A stretch of 64,000 nt of DNA from Yuukianura sp. NJ FZ-2021. Lineage: Eukaryota. A program made the translations under genes and the position numbers. The DNA is taken from assembly GCA_046563655.1 (NCBI GenBank), contig CM102290.1, forward strand, positions 5,642,001-5,706,000, read 5' to 3'. How positions within the stretch are numbered: the first letter of the stretch is position 1; every line of letters starts with the position of its first letter. The notes under the pieces were generated by a model, which was not told the origin of the DNA, searched no databases, and worked only from the letters and a program-made list of their open reading frames with translations. Shown piece by piece: positions 26,471 through 40,818 of the stretch.

Positions 26471-27066
26471 AAAAATCAAGATGCGAAAAAGTCGCATACT
26501 TTTATTTCGAGTTTGGTCAATGAATGGTCACCAAAACATGAATGTTGATGTCGTTTTTGGAATTTTGAAAAATTGTGGATGTAACAAAATGAAATCGAAA
26601 CTACATATTTAAAAACTACTTAATTTTTTTTTACAAAGTTATAGTTGAAACTTTGGGCGGGGAATAATGTGAGTTTGAGTTGTTGACTTTTTTACACTTT
26701 GGTGTGTTTGTTGTTGACCAAGTTGTGAGTACGTGCAGAACAGGTTGTTGTAATGGAAAGTGGGAGTCCACCTTCCAGGTAGTCCCCGCTTCCACTCCAT
26801 CCGGCATTTCCAGTCCATTGGAATCACAATAAAGTCACGGGCATCTCCCTCACTCTCTCTTTTAAACATTCCCGCACTCTTTTGTACGCTCACTTCTGCA
26901 CCGCTATTCTTCTGCACATAGTATGAACACACTAAACCAAAACTAACCTGCCAAACTAACTTATGTGCGAAAAAATATATTGTAGTCCACAATTTACTGT
27001 CCGTAAAAATCCCCGATCACAAATGTCCCGTTACGTCTCTAACCCATTCTATTTTTTTTTACTTAG

Positions 27067-28644
27067 GTTTCCGGATTCCGTCTCCGTCAGCCCGCTATCT
27101 GCCTGGCTCTCACATCCCTGGGATCATCCCTGGCCCCGCCCACGTCTCCCTCGTGGAAGCCACCACCCCACCCCCACCCCCGCCCCGCAACGACGCCCCG
27201 CAGCAACAACTCCTCTGCGTCCGGTGGGGCAACTATGACTCCAACATCGTCTCCATGTTCACGAAACTCCGGTCACAAGAACACTTTGTGGACGTGACGC
27301 TTTGGTGCGAAGGGCGGACGATCAAGTGTCACAAACTCGTGTTGTCCGCATGCTCCGTCTACTTTGAGCAGCTCCTTGTGGACAACCAAACCATCCAGTC
27401 CAACCATCCAATCATCTTCCTCAAAGACATGAAGTTCTGGGAAATTGAAGCTCTCGTGGAATTCATGTACAAAGGAGAGACAAGCATTCACCAGGACAAG
27501 CTCCAGTCACTTCTCCGGGCAGCCGAGTCACTCCAGATCAAAGGCCTTGGATCACCGCCCCCTGGCGGACAACACGCCAACAATGACATCAACAACAACA
27601 ACTCTTCTGCAACTCAAGTCCAGACATCAGCTGTTCGACCGGGACGGACACAAGGGTTGTCTTCGAATGACGACCAGAGTGATGGGAGCATGGACATGAC
27701 GACGGGCAACTTCAGTTTTTCCACGCCGCGGGCAAATAGTCCGCTTGGCGGGCAGCAGAACAGTCAGAACATGGGGATGGACCTGACCAATCACAACGCG
27801 GCTCCTGTCAAGTCCTCCGACTTCCTCACGACGACTGTGACGGGACAACCCCTGTCTTCGTCTATTATCATGAACCTCCAACACAATTCGTCCGCTAAAC
27901 GACGCAAAAAGGAGACGCCGCGCAGAATTGGACTCCTACCGAGATCTGTCCACTCCTCTGGGTCCACGCGACAGCATGCCCCGTATGCACCCACCTTTGG
28001 GCAGGACGAGGCAGAGGACGATGGTGCTGGGTCAGAGGACGACTCACCCGCAACGAAAACACACAATCTACTTGATGTATGCACAAATATTCACTCAAAT
28101 ATCAACAAATATGCTCAGATATGCTCAATATGCCAAAATATGCTCCATATGCTAAAATATGAACAATATGCAAAAGTATTCTCAATATGCCAAATAGGCT
28201 GAATATTCAAAGTATGCTCAATATGCAAAATATGCTGATGCTGAAAATGCAAAAATGTGCTTAATTTACTAAAATATGCAGAAATATGCTTAATATGCTC
28301 GCTGCATATGGAAAAATATGCTGACTACTCAAAATATAGTGAATATGCTAAATATGCTGAATATGCAAATATACGCAGAATACGTTTGAATATGGCGAAG
28401 ATGTTTGAATATTTGTGACTTTGTTTAGGTTAATGGTGCTGGAGGTGGATCTGATGACGACTCAATGACAGAGATGGAGAATCGGTCCTTGATCATGGTA
28501 AAACTTCCAGCTACTCTTGGATACTTTGGCAGTATTTTCGATATTTGGGCAGTATTTGACTTTGTTTTTGACTTGTAGGTGGAGAAGGCGGAGCCGACGG
28601 AGGACTATGACGACGGAGAGTCGGAGGAGGGTGACAACGCATGA
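27067..28644 (+). CDS. Tramtrack-group BTB/POZ exons (27067-28076, 28429-28497, 28579-28644); no C-terminal DNA-binding domain
   Basis: QLLCVRWGNYDSNI...HFVDVTLWCEGRTIKCHKLVLSACSVYF...HPIIFLKD...ALVEFMYKGE...LLRAAESLQIKGL. Phase-1 acceptor at 27066. Ends VEKAEPTEDYDDGESEEGDNA*. Confidence 0.9.
28080..28415. repeat. Intronic low-complexity (aatatgc)n array
   Basis: Repeated aatatgct/aatatgca units fill the BTB intron. Confidence 0.8.
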
Positions 28645-29218
28645 CGAACAAAGGAGCCCTTCGTAGCTGGCCCTTAGACATATCCAAAGTATATTTAGCC
28701 CAGTAGCTTAAGGGTCCTTTTGTACTCGGAGTTGACACTGTCTTTTGTACTTTCGTCCAAAGCCTTAACTAGCCTTAGTCAATTCCAAAGCGAATCGTTC
28801 CGAATCATTCCGATTTGAATTCCAGCGCAACTCAAGGGACCAACCTCTTTTGTACATAGCGACTGCGCAACTTGTGGCCTTAGTCGGTTGACTCCAAGCA
28901 ATAACAAGATAATCACTCTACTGAGGCACAGCGGCCTTCACCTTACTCTTTCAGCGCATTTCAGAAAATATAGAAATATTATACAAATATTACATATACA
29001 AATATTTTGTCTGTTCTTTCTTTCCTCAGTCTCTGTCCAACCTACTCTTTTGTTAGGTTATTGTTAGGCTAACTAATCTGTTAGGTTAACTCTTGTGCTC
29101 CACTGGACGCAAGTGGACTAAATAAACTACAAATAACCTTCCGGTTCCATGCAATATGGTCAAAACAACTTAGTCAAAAACTTAAATGGTCAAATATCAA
29201 CAAAACCACCCTGAATCT

Positions 29219-29365
29219 ACTATAATATTATAATTATTAATTAATATAATTAATTACAATTATAATATTATGGTGTACACTATAATATTATAATTATTAA
29301 TTAATATAATTAATTACAATTATAATATTATGGTGTACTATAATATTGTAATTATTAATTATACT
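29219..29365. repeat. AT-rich 60-bp tandem repeat (~2.5 copies)
   Basis: tataatattataattattaattaatataattaattacaattataatattatggtgtac is duplicated exactly. Confidence 0.9.
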
Positions 29366-29633
29366 ACAACTCTATTTCGTCCATGAGAAGTTGAATTTTT
29401 ATCCATCTATCCGGTGGATAGCACCTGGACAAAATATTTTAAAGGGGCATATCCAGCAATTATAGTATCAATATAATACTGTTGTTGGCATTCTTGACCT
29501 TTCGTCCAAATTATTTTGACCTTTTAACTTTTTGATCGAATTTTTTTGACCATTTGGCCTACGAAGTGTCACTATGTTGCAAATTCAGTTTTATTCCAAA
29601 AAGTTGAAGAGTTTAAAAGTAAATTGGTTGAAT

Positions 29634-30456
29634 TCAAACTTCGGGGCGGAAGTTGAGGGGTTTGTGGTTCGGGGCTTTGTGTGTGTCGTGCTGTTTTTCC
29701 TGGAGATTTGAGAAGAGGACAGTTCCGTAGTTGTCCAGAGGGATTTCCACTGTCTTGGACATTGACTCTGTCTGAGCCACCCCTTGACCACCGGAGAATC
29801 CCGCCGTTGCCCCACCTCCGATCCCACCTTAAATCAAACAAAAAACACTTTTCACCATCTCTTTTTTAGAAAAGGGAGTTTGTCCTTTTATAAAAAGTTG
29901 AAAAATGCAAATAGTTAGTTGTTTTTACCGTTTGCGATGTGGTTGTTGGCTGCCGTCCATGCCGTGGGAGGTCGTTGGCCATAGGAATGAGCTGATCCGC
30001 GGGAGTCAGTCTTCTGATACAGCGTTTGATCGGCCATTCCTGGACGGCGGATTCCGACCTGGACACCTTTGCTCTCAGAGTCCGACACGCTAACGCCACC
30101 AGCGCCTGAAATCAACCAAAAGTGTCAACTTTTTCTAAAACGGAAGCATTTTCAGCCATTTTCAACCATTTTACGCATTTTCAGCCATTTTCAACCATTT
30201 TAAGCATTTTCAATCATTTTAAGCATTTTCAACAATTTTCAAGTATTTTCAAGCATTTTCAATTTTTGAAGCAAAGTTTATGTTTTAGAATGGACTGACC
30301 GTGAGCTACTGCGTGGCCGCGGTTGACGTTGATGTTGATTCGGTCGTCGATGTCGGTGGATGTATCGGTTCGGTCGGTATCGGTTGGATTCTGGACAGAA
30401 GTGGCGTTGACGAGAGCCAACATGGCTACAAACAGAAGAAGGAGTGACATGTCCAT
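29634..30456 (-). CDS. Small secreted Gly/Ser/Thr-rich protein of unknown family (3 exons, ~175 aa)
   Basis: Signal peptide MDMSLLLLFVAMLALVNA. Two phase-1 GT-AG introns join open frames ending ...KPLNFRPEV*. Confidence 0.7.
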
Positions 30457-31155
30457 GACTTGTGGTGGAGGCACTATAGAAAAAAGTCTATAGATGTTGC
30501 ACAGTGGCGTCCTTGGAACTGACTGGCCATGACCCCAAGGCCCTTCAAGGGCTTTGACTTCCCGCTCTAAAAATAGACTCAGCAATGGCTTTGAGTCTAA
30601 AAAAAAATACTAGGCATTTCCTTATTTATGCAAAACTTCGACTGCAAAAGTCATCATCGTCAAAACCAAAAATTCACAACTCAAGATTAAAAAAAAAGCA
30701 AAGTCCAGAGTGAAAAAGTCATAAACTTCCTTGTTTGCATTTCGGAAAAAATTGCATTCCAAAAAATGAAAAAAAAAACACATGTAAAAATGGAAAAAAA
30801 AGAAGACGAGGATTGCATTGCAATGCATGCAGTGAATCGTGAGTTTTATGCGATATTTTACATAAGTACAAGTTGCTTAACCTAGAAAGCTTATCCATTC
30901 GGCATGCTAAATAAATTTTAAATTCTAATAATTATTAAAGTTTGATTGTTAAATTAATGATCAATTCCACACCGAACTGGTTTAGTTTTCCGACATTTCG
31001 CTAATTGGCCCCAAACATTTTCCAATTGGAACTTTACTTATCTAACCGATAAAATTACCATTGCGAGTAAACCGAAATTTTGAAATTTTGAGAATAAGTT
31101 CCAGTAGATCGTCACCCTCAAGTTACGTATGCTGCGGATTGTTGCTCAGAGTGAC

Positions 31156-31334
31156 AAACGTTTACCAAACGTATACTGAAACGTTTAATGAAACGTTTAC
31201 TGAAACGTTTACTAAACATTTACAGAAACGTTTAATGAACGTTTACTAAGCGTTTATTAACCGTTTACTGAAACGTTTACTAAACGTATACTGAAACGTT
31301 TACTGAAACGTTTACTAAACGTATACTGAAACGT
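31156..31334. repeat. (aaacgtttactg)n 11-12-bp tandem repeat directly after the NFATC2IP-like stop
   Basis: About 15 units of aaacgtttactg/aaacgtatactg. Confidence 0.9.
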
Positions 31335-32667
31335 TCACTTCCCGTCTGACACGAAGACGTCGAACAGTTCGTCTCCGTCGAGATCCAGATCGCCCGGCGT
31401 GTCATGTTCATCCACCAGCTCCCCATCGAACTTAAACTTGACCAGACTGGGATTGACGTTGTTTTTGGCAGCGAACAGTTGAGCTAGCTTCGTGAACTGG
31501 TCAGTCTTGCGCATCTCATAGACAGTTTTACTGCGATGGTGACTGCTTTGCACTTTGATTCGGATGAGCAGCGGGTCTCTGACTTTGGAATGCGGCTTCT
31601 CTGTTGGCGAGAGTTTGAAAGCTTCCAGCAAAACGCCCGGGGCGATTGACGCCTGCTTCAGAGTCAGCTGATCTTGAAACGGCTTGGCAGGATCATCGTC
31701 GTAGCCAATCACGAGGTCGCTTGGTTGCAGTCCCACTTTTTCTGCCAAAATCCGTCTGATCTCGTAGCAGTAGTCAGTCTGTCAAAAAGTTTTGAATACA
31801 AAAATTTGAAAATGTGTCAATAACTTCAGACGAAACCAAATCTCAATCCAAGGAATTACCTCGCACAGTTTGAAGCTGATCATCTGGAACTTATAGTTGA
31901 CACGAACGTAGAACGGCATTGCGGGGATTGGAGAGTTCGGAACGGTCGGACTCGGACAGTCAATGTCAACGACTTCCGGTGGCAAAGGATTGACTGGTGC
32001 AGGATCCTTTGTTTTCTTGATCTTTCGTGCCTAAAACATTTGAAATGGTAGAAATTGTGACACGTTTTACGCTGAAAGTGTTCATTGAACTTGAAAGTGT
32101 TTACCGTTGTCGGTGTCGGTAAGGTTGTTGGCAGGGGCGGTTTTTTCCAAGGTAGAAGTTTGTTGCATGACTGAAGCAGATCATCTAGCTCCTGCTCTTC
32201 TCGGGCGAAACGTCTGAAAAAGGACGAATAAGTGAAGTGACTCAAAACTTTAACAAGTTTTCAGCTTTTCATTGAAATTATTTAGTGCAGGCTGGCTTAC
32301 TCCATTTCTTCAGCACGTTCTTTCGACACGAGCTTAGCTGGAACTGGCTTCGGAGGAGCATCGGAAGGCAACTCCAGATTCTTTCGCACCTCCTTCCGCT
32401 TCTTCGTTTTAATCTTCTGATGGCTCAACTTGTGTCCAATGTTGGCAAACATTTCTAAAAATGAAAGAAGTTGAAAGTGGATAAGTGTGGCTGCAAGAGC
32501 GTAGAATGAGTCAACTTACTGTCAAAATCAGCTACGCTGCTGTGACCCGTTGCTTCATTGTCATCAGCCTCACCATCTGAGTCGGACAGGGTAATGACCT
32601 TGTGGAACTTGGGTTTTGGATTTGGATTTGGGGGTGAGGGGTTTGCCTTTGCTCGCCGACGCTCCAT
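31335..32667 (-). CDS. NFATC2IP: NFATC2IP/NIP45 (Rad60/Esc2) family SUMO-like domain protein
   Basis: C-terminal Rad60-type SLD IRIKVQS...KFKFDGELVDEHDTPGDLDLDGDELFDV, preceded by a second ubiquitin-like domain. N-terminal SIM-like KVITLSDSD. The start codon is inferred. Confidence 0.8.
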
Positions 32668-33705
32668 TCCGGTCGTCCTGTGATTCAGAAGGTAGAAGTT
32701 AATTGACACGGTAATTATGAAGTAGTTGACCTTGACCCCTTGCCCTCCACAGGACGAAACCGATTCCAACTAAAACGGAGACAGTCGGGCGAAAAATTAA
32801 ACAACTGATAAAAACAAAAGAAAAGAGAGGGAAGAGTGAGTGGGTTTTATGAATCATATGATCACAAAGCACACTGACTCCAATGCTGCCATACTCTGAG
32901 AAAGCACTGTTGCCAAATGCACTTCTCCAAAGTATTACGGTACTTTTATAGTACTTGATGTTGAATATACGTCCCAGTTAAGGTGTAGATAATCTTAACC
33001 AAATCGGATTTGACCACAATTTTTATAATTTTTAGTCAGTAGCCTAAGGGCCCCTGCCCCTTAATCATATTTCAATAGGATTATATCACGATGGTAAAAA
33101 CCGTACGGCCCTCGAACGAGTGCTAAATCATACTTTATGCATTTTTCTGGGTCATTATCTTTTACAAAAATGTTGATCAACCTTTAATCAAAGTGTTAAT
33201 TCTCACAAATATTAATTCATTTATTACTATCAATTTCTTAATTACTAATTTATTATTATTATTATTACATTTTATTCAATTTATTATATGATCATATTAT
33301 GCTATTTATTTTTGTAACTAGAAGAGGAGAGTTACTTTGTCATACTATTATATTATATTAATATATTTATATTTAACATACCGTATTATTATATTGTAGT
33401 AATATATTGTAGTAATTTTCCTTGTAAATAGTAGAGTTAATTGGTTGAGGTTTTTGTTCTTGAATGAAGGGAGGTTTTTTTGAATAGGTGGCGTTGGGTA
33501 AGAAATGGAACCCTTACGGTATTCCTAAGATGCTGTGGTAGTGGGAGAAAGGGAGGAGAGGATCTTAGATCTTATAAACTTCCTACTCTCCGACGTCCCT
33601 TCCTTCGTCATTCACTCGCCATCAATTAGTGAAGTGGTCACTTGAACTTGAACAATTACTGGAATCAATAGTTAGTCCCTTGAGTGGCCCTGTAGAGACA
33701 CTTGA

Positions 33706-35905
<2,200 letters not shown>

Positions 35906-37499
35906 AACACTCAAAGCACCGTGGACACAACGAACTCTACTTTGGTTGACTAAATACTTACGACTCTCTTTTTTATTGTTCCATTTTTATAGGAAGTAAC
36001 TCCTCCTTTGTGTAACTTATGTTTACCCACTCTTGTCCCAACTCTGGACTCCCCAACCATTATTATTCTCTTCTTTTGCTCTAACATTATTAAACACCTT
36101 CTATTGGAAACTATTAACAGTACTATCTCTTATCTCCTGTATCCTGCGCAGATATGGAGATAAGAGATAACTTCACAAATATTTAACATCCATGTTTCTA
36201 TTGTCTTTCCAGTTTGAATTCTCAAGGTCAGTCTGTTGTGGTCTATAGACATAGACTCTGCCTTTGGATCTCTTTTTTCCTGGAAATTGACAACTCGTGA
36301 GGTGCTGTTTGTGTGTCTGGATTTGATGAGACAAAAATTGGCACAGTGGAATTTAGTACGTGGATCTCCTCTGGACGAGTCGTGTGCTCTTACCTGTTTT
36401 TGTGTGACTGCATAATTAGGAATTGTAATTGTAAATTCGCTTTGATTAATTTATGTAAGCATGGTCATGGACTGGTGGCTTTTGCAAAGTCAGTTCTCAT
36501 CACAGTGTTCCAACTCACTTTTTAGTTGTGGTTTTTAGTAGAGTTTAGTCCATGGTCCATTGTACATAGTCTTCATATTGTTCCTCTGGCAGTACAATTA
36601 GTGGAGCCACCAGAGCACGACGGAGGCGGAGCTCAGTTGCTAGGCAACCCCGCATCTCTCCTCTCCACATCCACTACCGAAACATTCCGTCACTTGGAGT
36701 GGCGGGAGTGTGCGCTGGAATTGTATTGATTTTGTGAAAGTGGAGAAAGCAAGGCCACAGCCTCAGTTGTGAAATTCTGTGCATACAAAACACTTATCTG
36801 TGTCAAATAGTTTTCAATATCTTAGTATATTCTTAGTTTTAAACTAAAACAAGCTGTCGTCGTCACCGGGGTCACTCAGGTCAGTCACAGGTCAAGGTCA
36901 CTTTAAAAAGATAGTGAAATAGTCAATTTTGATTGGTTGCAGGAGTGGAGGCGGCGGAGTGAGTCCTCGTTTCCTATTGGCTGCGTTCCAGGAAGTCATT
37001 GAGCGGGAAAATCTGAGCGGGATGTCTAAAGTGGAGATTGTCATCACCAAGGACACCAAGAGCCAACCTCTGTCAAGTGACAAGCAGGTACGTTGACACT
37101 GACATATTTGATACCCTCCCCCCATATCTGCAGATAGGGGGGGATATCTGCAGATAATGGGGGAGTATCTGCAGATAGGGAGGGGGTGACGAGGCGTGTG
37201 AAATGAGGCTTGGTGGGTCCCTTTGTCGTTTCCACAATGGGGCTTTGTAGGTCACACCAAAACGCACCCACTTCCCACCCACAAAAGTGCTTGGCACTCT
37301 TGGCGGCAAATTCAAAAGTTCTCACAGTTATCCTCCATCCGTTGCCACGGTTTCTTGGTCCAACATCTTCAGTTTTGCGACTCTGCGGGGAAGGTGGGCT
37401 GTGTTTCCATGGTAAAGTGGGACCGAGAAAGTGCGTTGCCATGGTTGCAATTGAACCCACTGTCGGAGTGATTGTGCGCTACAAGGGGAAACCACTGGT

Positions 37500-37797
37500 G
37501 ACCAAGGTAAAATCCAACGCTTGTTGACTTTTGAATTTCTTTAACAGGTTCGGTAATAACCTCATGTTTTCTCGATTTTGCAAAAAAAAAGCATCTTTTG
37601 ATTTCGCGGCATATAGTATTCATACAGCCAATTTCTTTAAATTTTACATTCGAATTGGTACCAATTTTTTGGGATTGGTACTAATTTGTTATTATTTTGT
37701 TTTCATTTTTTTTGTGAACAGGCGAAGTAGTACCCAACCTGTTAACGAGAATTAACTTTTGTTGTCCTAGAAACCTTGGTATAGTCCATTTTTAAGG
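37500..37797. mobile_element. Palindromic MITE, inverted copy of the 13375-13659 family
   Basis: ttaacaggtt...ttggtacc...aagtagtacccaacctgttaa...aaccttgg is collinear with the reverse complement of 13375-13659. Confidence 0.8.
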
Positions 37798-38663
37798 TGA
37801 ATTCGGACAGTGACCGGGTCACTCAGTCGTGAAGTCAGTGTATTCGTCACACTTTTTTCCGTCCTCGACTGACACAGAATCGTGACACGATTCAAAAGTA
37901 TCGTCACTTCTTAACACTCTGCTAATTAAGTATAATTAGCAGCCCACTTTTGGCGCCAAAAAGTGGAATTCTTTGAAATTTGAGGTGGATCTGGACAGGG
38001 GGTGGTGGGGCGGGGGTGTGGGGGTGGTGGGTTTAGTAAAGCAGTGGAATTGGAACAAAATGCTCAGTCTCTCCTTGTGTCGTGGCCTGTCAACACGTAG
38101 TTTCTCCCTTAATTAATTATGGTGGGTGAGAGTGACGCTTTCTAATTCCGAAGTGTCCACACACTCTAATCGGAACAGCCAATTGGAACAAACAGCCTTT
38201 CTCCACTCGAGGGTAACAAGATCGCGTCCCTCCGGGGGAAACACTTTTTTTTGTCAAGGGCAAGCATTCTTCTGTCCCCCCGGGTGGATTTAAAGCAGAA
38301 TGATAAGTAGATCTACTTCCGTGCTCTAAAAAGTGGATTGACTTAAAATTTAAAAAGTGGATTGTGGAATGACAAGTGGAGAGGAAGTGGATCCGTTCAT
38401 TTTTAAGAGGGAGGAAGTGGGGGGAGGGGGGTCGGATGTGCCAAAAGTGTTATGCAACTCAGAAGCCACTTCACCTGAGACGAGAATCTGCGAAGCGTGA
38501 CCAATGGGCCACCATGAGGCTATTTATAGCCAACAGCAGATTGTTCCATCAGGGGGGGGGGTCAAAATTCTGTAGCGATTGAAGTGGGTAGATGTTGACC
38601 TTTGACCTTTAGTATAAAGTGGTGGTGGTGTGGTTTTGGTAAAAGGAAAGTTTGACCACAGTG

Positions 38664-39395
38664 TAGGGTTGCCGCCGTGCGTTTCTTTCCCGTTTTTTGC
38701 TAAAAACGGAAACGAAACGAAACGGTAGGCCACAAAACGGAAACGGAAACGGTCATAAAACAGATAAACGAAAACGGAACGAAAAAAACGGTTTAAAAAC
38801 GGAAAAACGTTTGAGTCTAAAAGAAGTGGATTTTGGAAGGGCAAAACTTGAAATCTACAGCGTGTCAAATTAAAAACTGAACACCCCAAAATAATTCCCG
38901 TGACAACCACTTCAAAATTTACAAAATATGGAGGGATATTTGCAAACTTTTCTTGTAATTCATTTTTGACAACAATTTTTACCGAAACTTTTAAAAAATT
39001 AGGTTAGAAATCCCCTCTTGGTTTCAAAAATAAACAAACTGTTTACGTTGAAGCGAAGGTGTTCAGTTTTTAGCTTGACACGCTGTATGTTCTACCTTTC
39101 GAAAATACACTTTATATCATTCCAAATGTGGTCCAAGTTGCTAGAATGGACTATAATTTTAACTTTAAATATTTAATTTTACAAAATTTCAGTACGAGAG
39201 GCGCAAAAGGAGGCATTTCCCCTGGTTTTTATGGTTTCCGTTTTTTCCGTTTTTTGACTTTCGTTTTCGTTTCGTTTTTTGGCGAAAACGGAAACGAAAC
39301 GAAAAGCACCGTTTCAAAAAATTCAAAAAACGAAAACGGAAAAAACGGAATGTCTGTTTCGTTTCCCTTTTTACACGGAAACGGCGGCATCCCTA
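38664..39395. mobile_element. hAT-type MITE with aaacgg subterminal arrays
   Basis: TIRs tagggttgccgccgt / acggcggcatcccta, TSD ccacagtg/ccacagta (7/8). Confidence 0.88.
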
Positions 39396-40818
39396 CCACA
39401 GTATGGTCTCCTTTTCGTCTGCTCCCAATGTTGGTCACGTTAAAGGTGAAGGACCGTGGGAGGAAACAGCCACAGATTCTGTACAAGGCTCTCAGTGTCA
39501 AAACCCACCTCTCCCACCGTCAGCCAACCCCCCCCCCCCTTCTTCAGGAGGGGGGGGGGTTGTCATTCTCAAGGTTTCTATCATTTGAGAAAATGAAACT
39601 AAATTATGGAAAGAGTGGAATTCGGTTGAACGGGGGGTGAAAGTAGGGTGGGCGGGAGTGGCTTTCGCTAGAAAAAGTCAATGCAATGGATCGAAGTCGT
39701 TTTAGTGCATGTGTGATAGGTGACCTTTCCACACATTCACTTTGGAGTGACCTTGAGCCTGGACACTCTCTGGAGCGAATCAGGAGTTGCGTAGCTTCCA
39801 ACTGACCAATCGGAAGGAAGTTGTTGAGTGTCCAAGGAAGGGGGGGTCTGTTTGCGAAGAAGTGGAGCCGCGAAGTTTGAGTTAGTGTTGGTGGGTCGTG
39901 AGCGGGAGTTGTGTTTGGTGCCAAGTGCGGCGACTGTTGAAGGAAGTGGGCAACTGTTTAAAGTGGTTGGATATGCAGAGATCACAAGGTATTTATTAAT
40001 AGACCAAACAGCCAATCACGCTCTTACTTTCATGAATCTCTGTCCAAATCACAAAACACACCGCTCAAATTCACACAAAATTTACACTTTTTAAAAAACA
40101 ATTTAAAGCAATTCACAAAAAAAAATTTAAAAAAAAACGAAACTTTTTTTCTGTTAAAAATCGATGCTGACACATCTGAAAAGAACAAATTGATTTGGAG
40201 GAAAAAGAGCTCTGAAAGAAAGAACAATTTTTGAGAAACATTTTTCTAAAAAAATTTTTTTTCGGTTTTTACTTTTTAAAGAAAAAGTAATTTTGTGCAT
40301 GAGAGATCCAGTGCTTGTATATGATATTTGACCTCAGAGGTCAATTATCTGTTTGTATACGCATATTGTTGTTGTTTTGCGAGAGGAGAAAGGAGAGAAA
40401 GTGTTTGAGTTTATTTTTGGCCAAAGATGCAGACTCCTGCCCCACTTTCACGCGACACAGTTCACCACGCGCCCAAAAGCCACTTCAATCCACTCCCAAG
40501 GCCCAATCAATCAACACTCCTCGTTACTCCAATTAACTTTAGTCTCTTCCAAGGTTCCTGGACAACCGAATTGTATTTCCTAAAACAGATTGTTCATTAA
40601 CTCAGCCTTTTCAGAATTCTTGCTTCATACAACTTTTAGCACCAATCCCATTTACATTTCACCCAACAAATTACCATCGAAAGGCAGATTTCCTACTTTC
40701 AAATTTTAAAACTTTGAGTTATTGGACAACCTGTTGTAGAAAATGTATTTGTTGTTGAATAACCTTGGTCTATTGTGTCATTCCAGCGCAAAACTTTGCC
40801 CAGAACGCCCGGAGGTGT

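Noticed and set aside
28077..28202. Cys/His-containing tail of ORF 27153-28202 as a zinc finger
   Set aside because: It is read-through into the (aatatgc)n intron past the GT donor at 28077.
10746..32667. Functional clustering of SMC3-like, CUEDC2 and NFATC2IP/Rad60 genome-stability genes
   Set aside because: The genes are interspersed with unrelated genes, and Rad60 acts with SMC5/6 rather than cohesin. Proximity is likely chance.
36000..40700. Numerous 60-170 aa ORFs between Mad and the MTUS-like gene
   Set aside because: No domain similarity; several derive from MITEs. The region is consistent with UTR, regulatory or intronic DNA.
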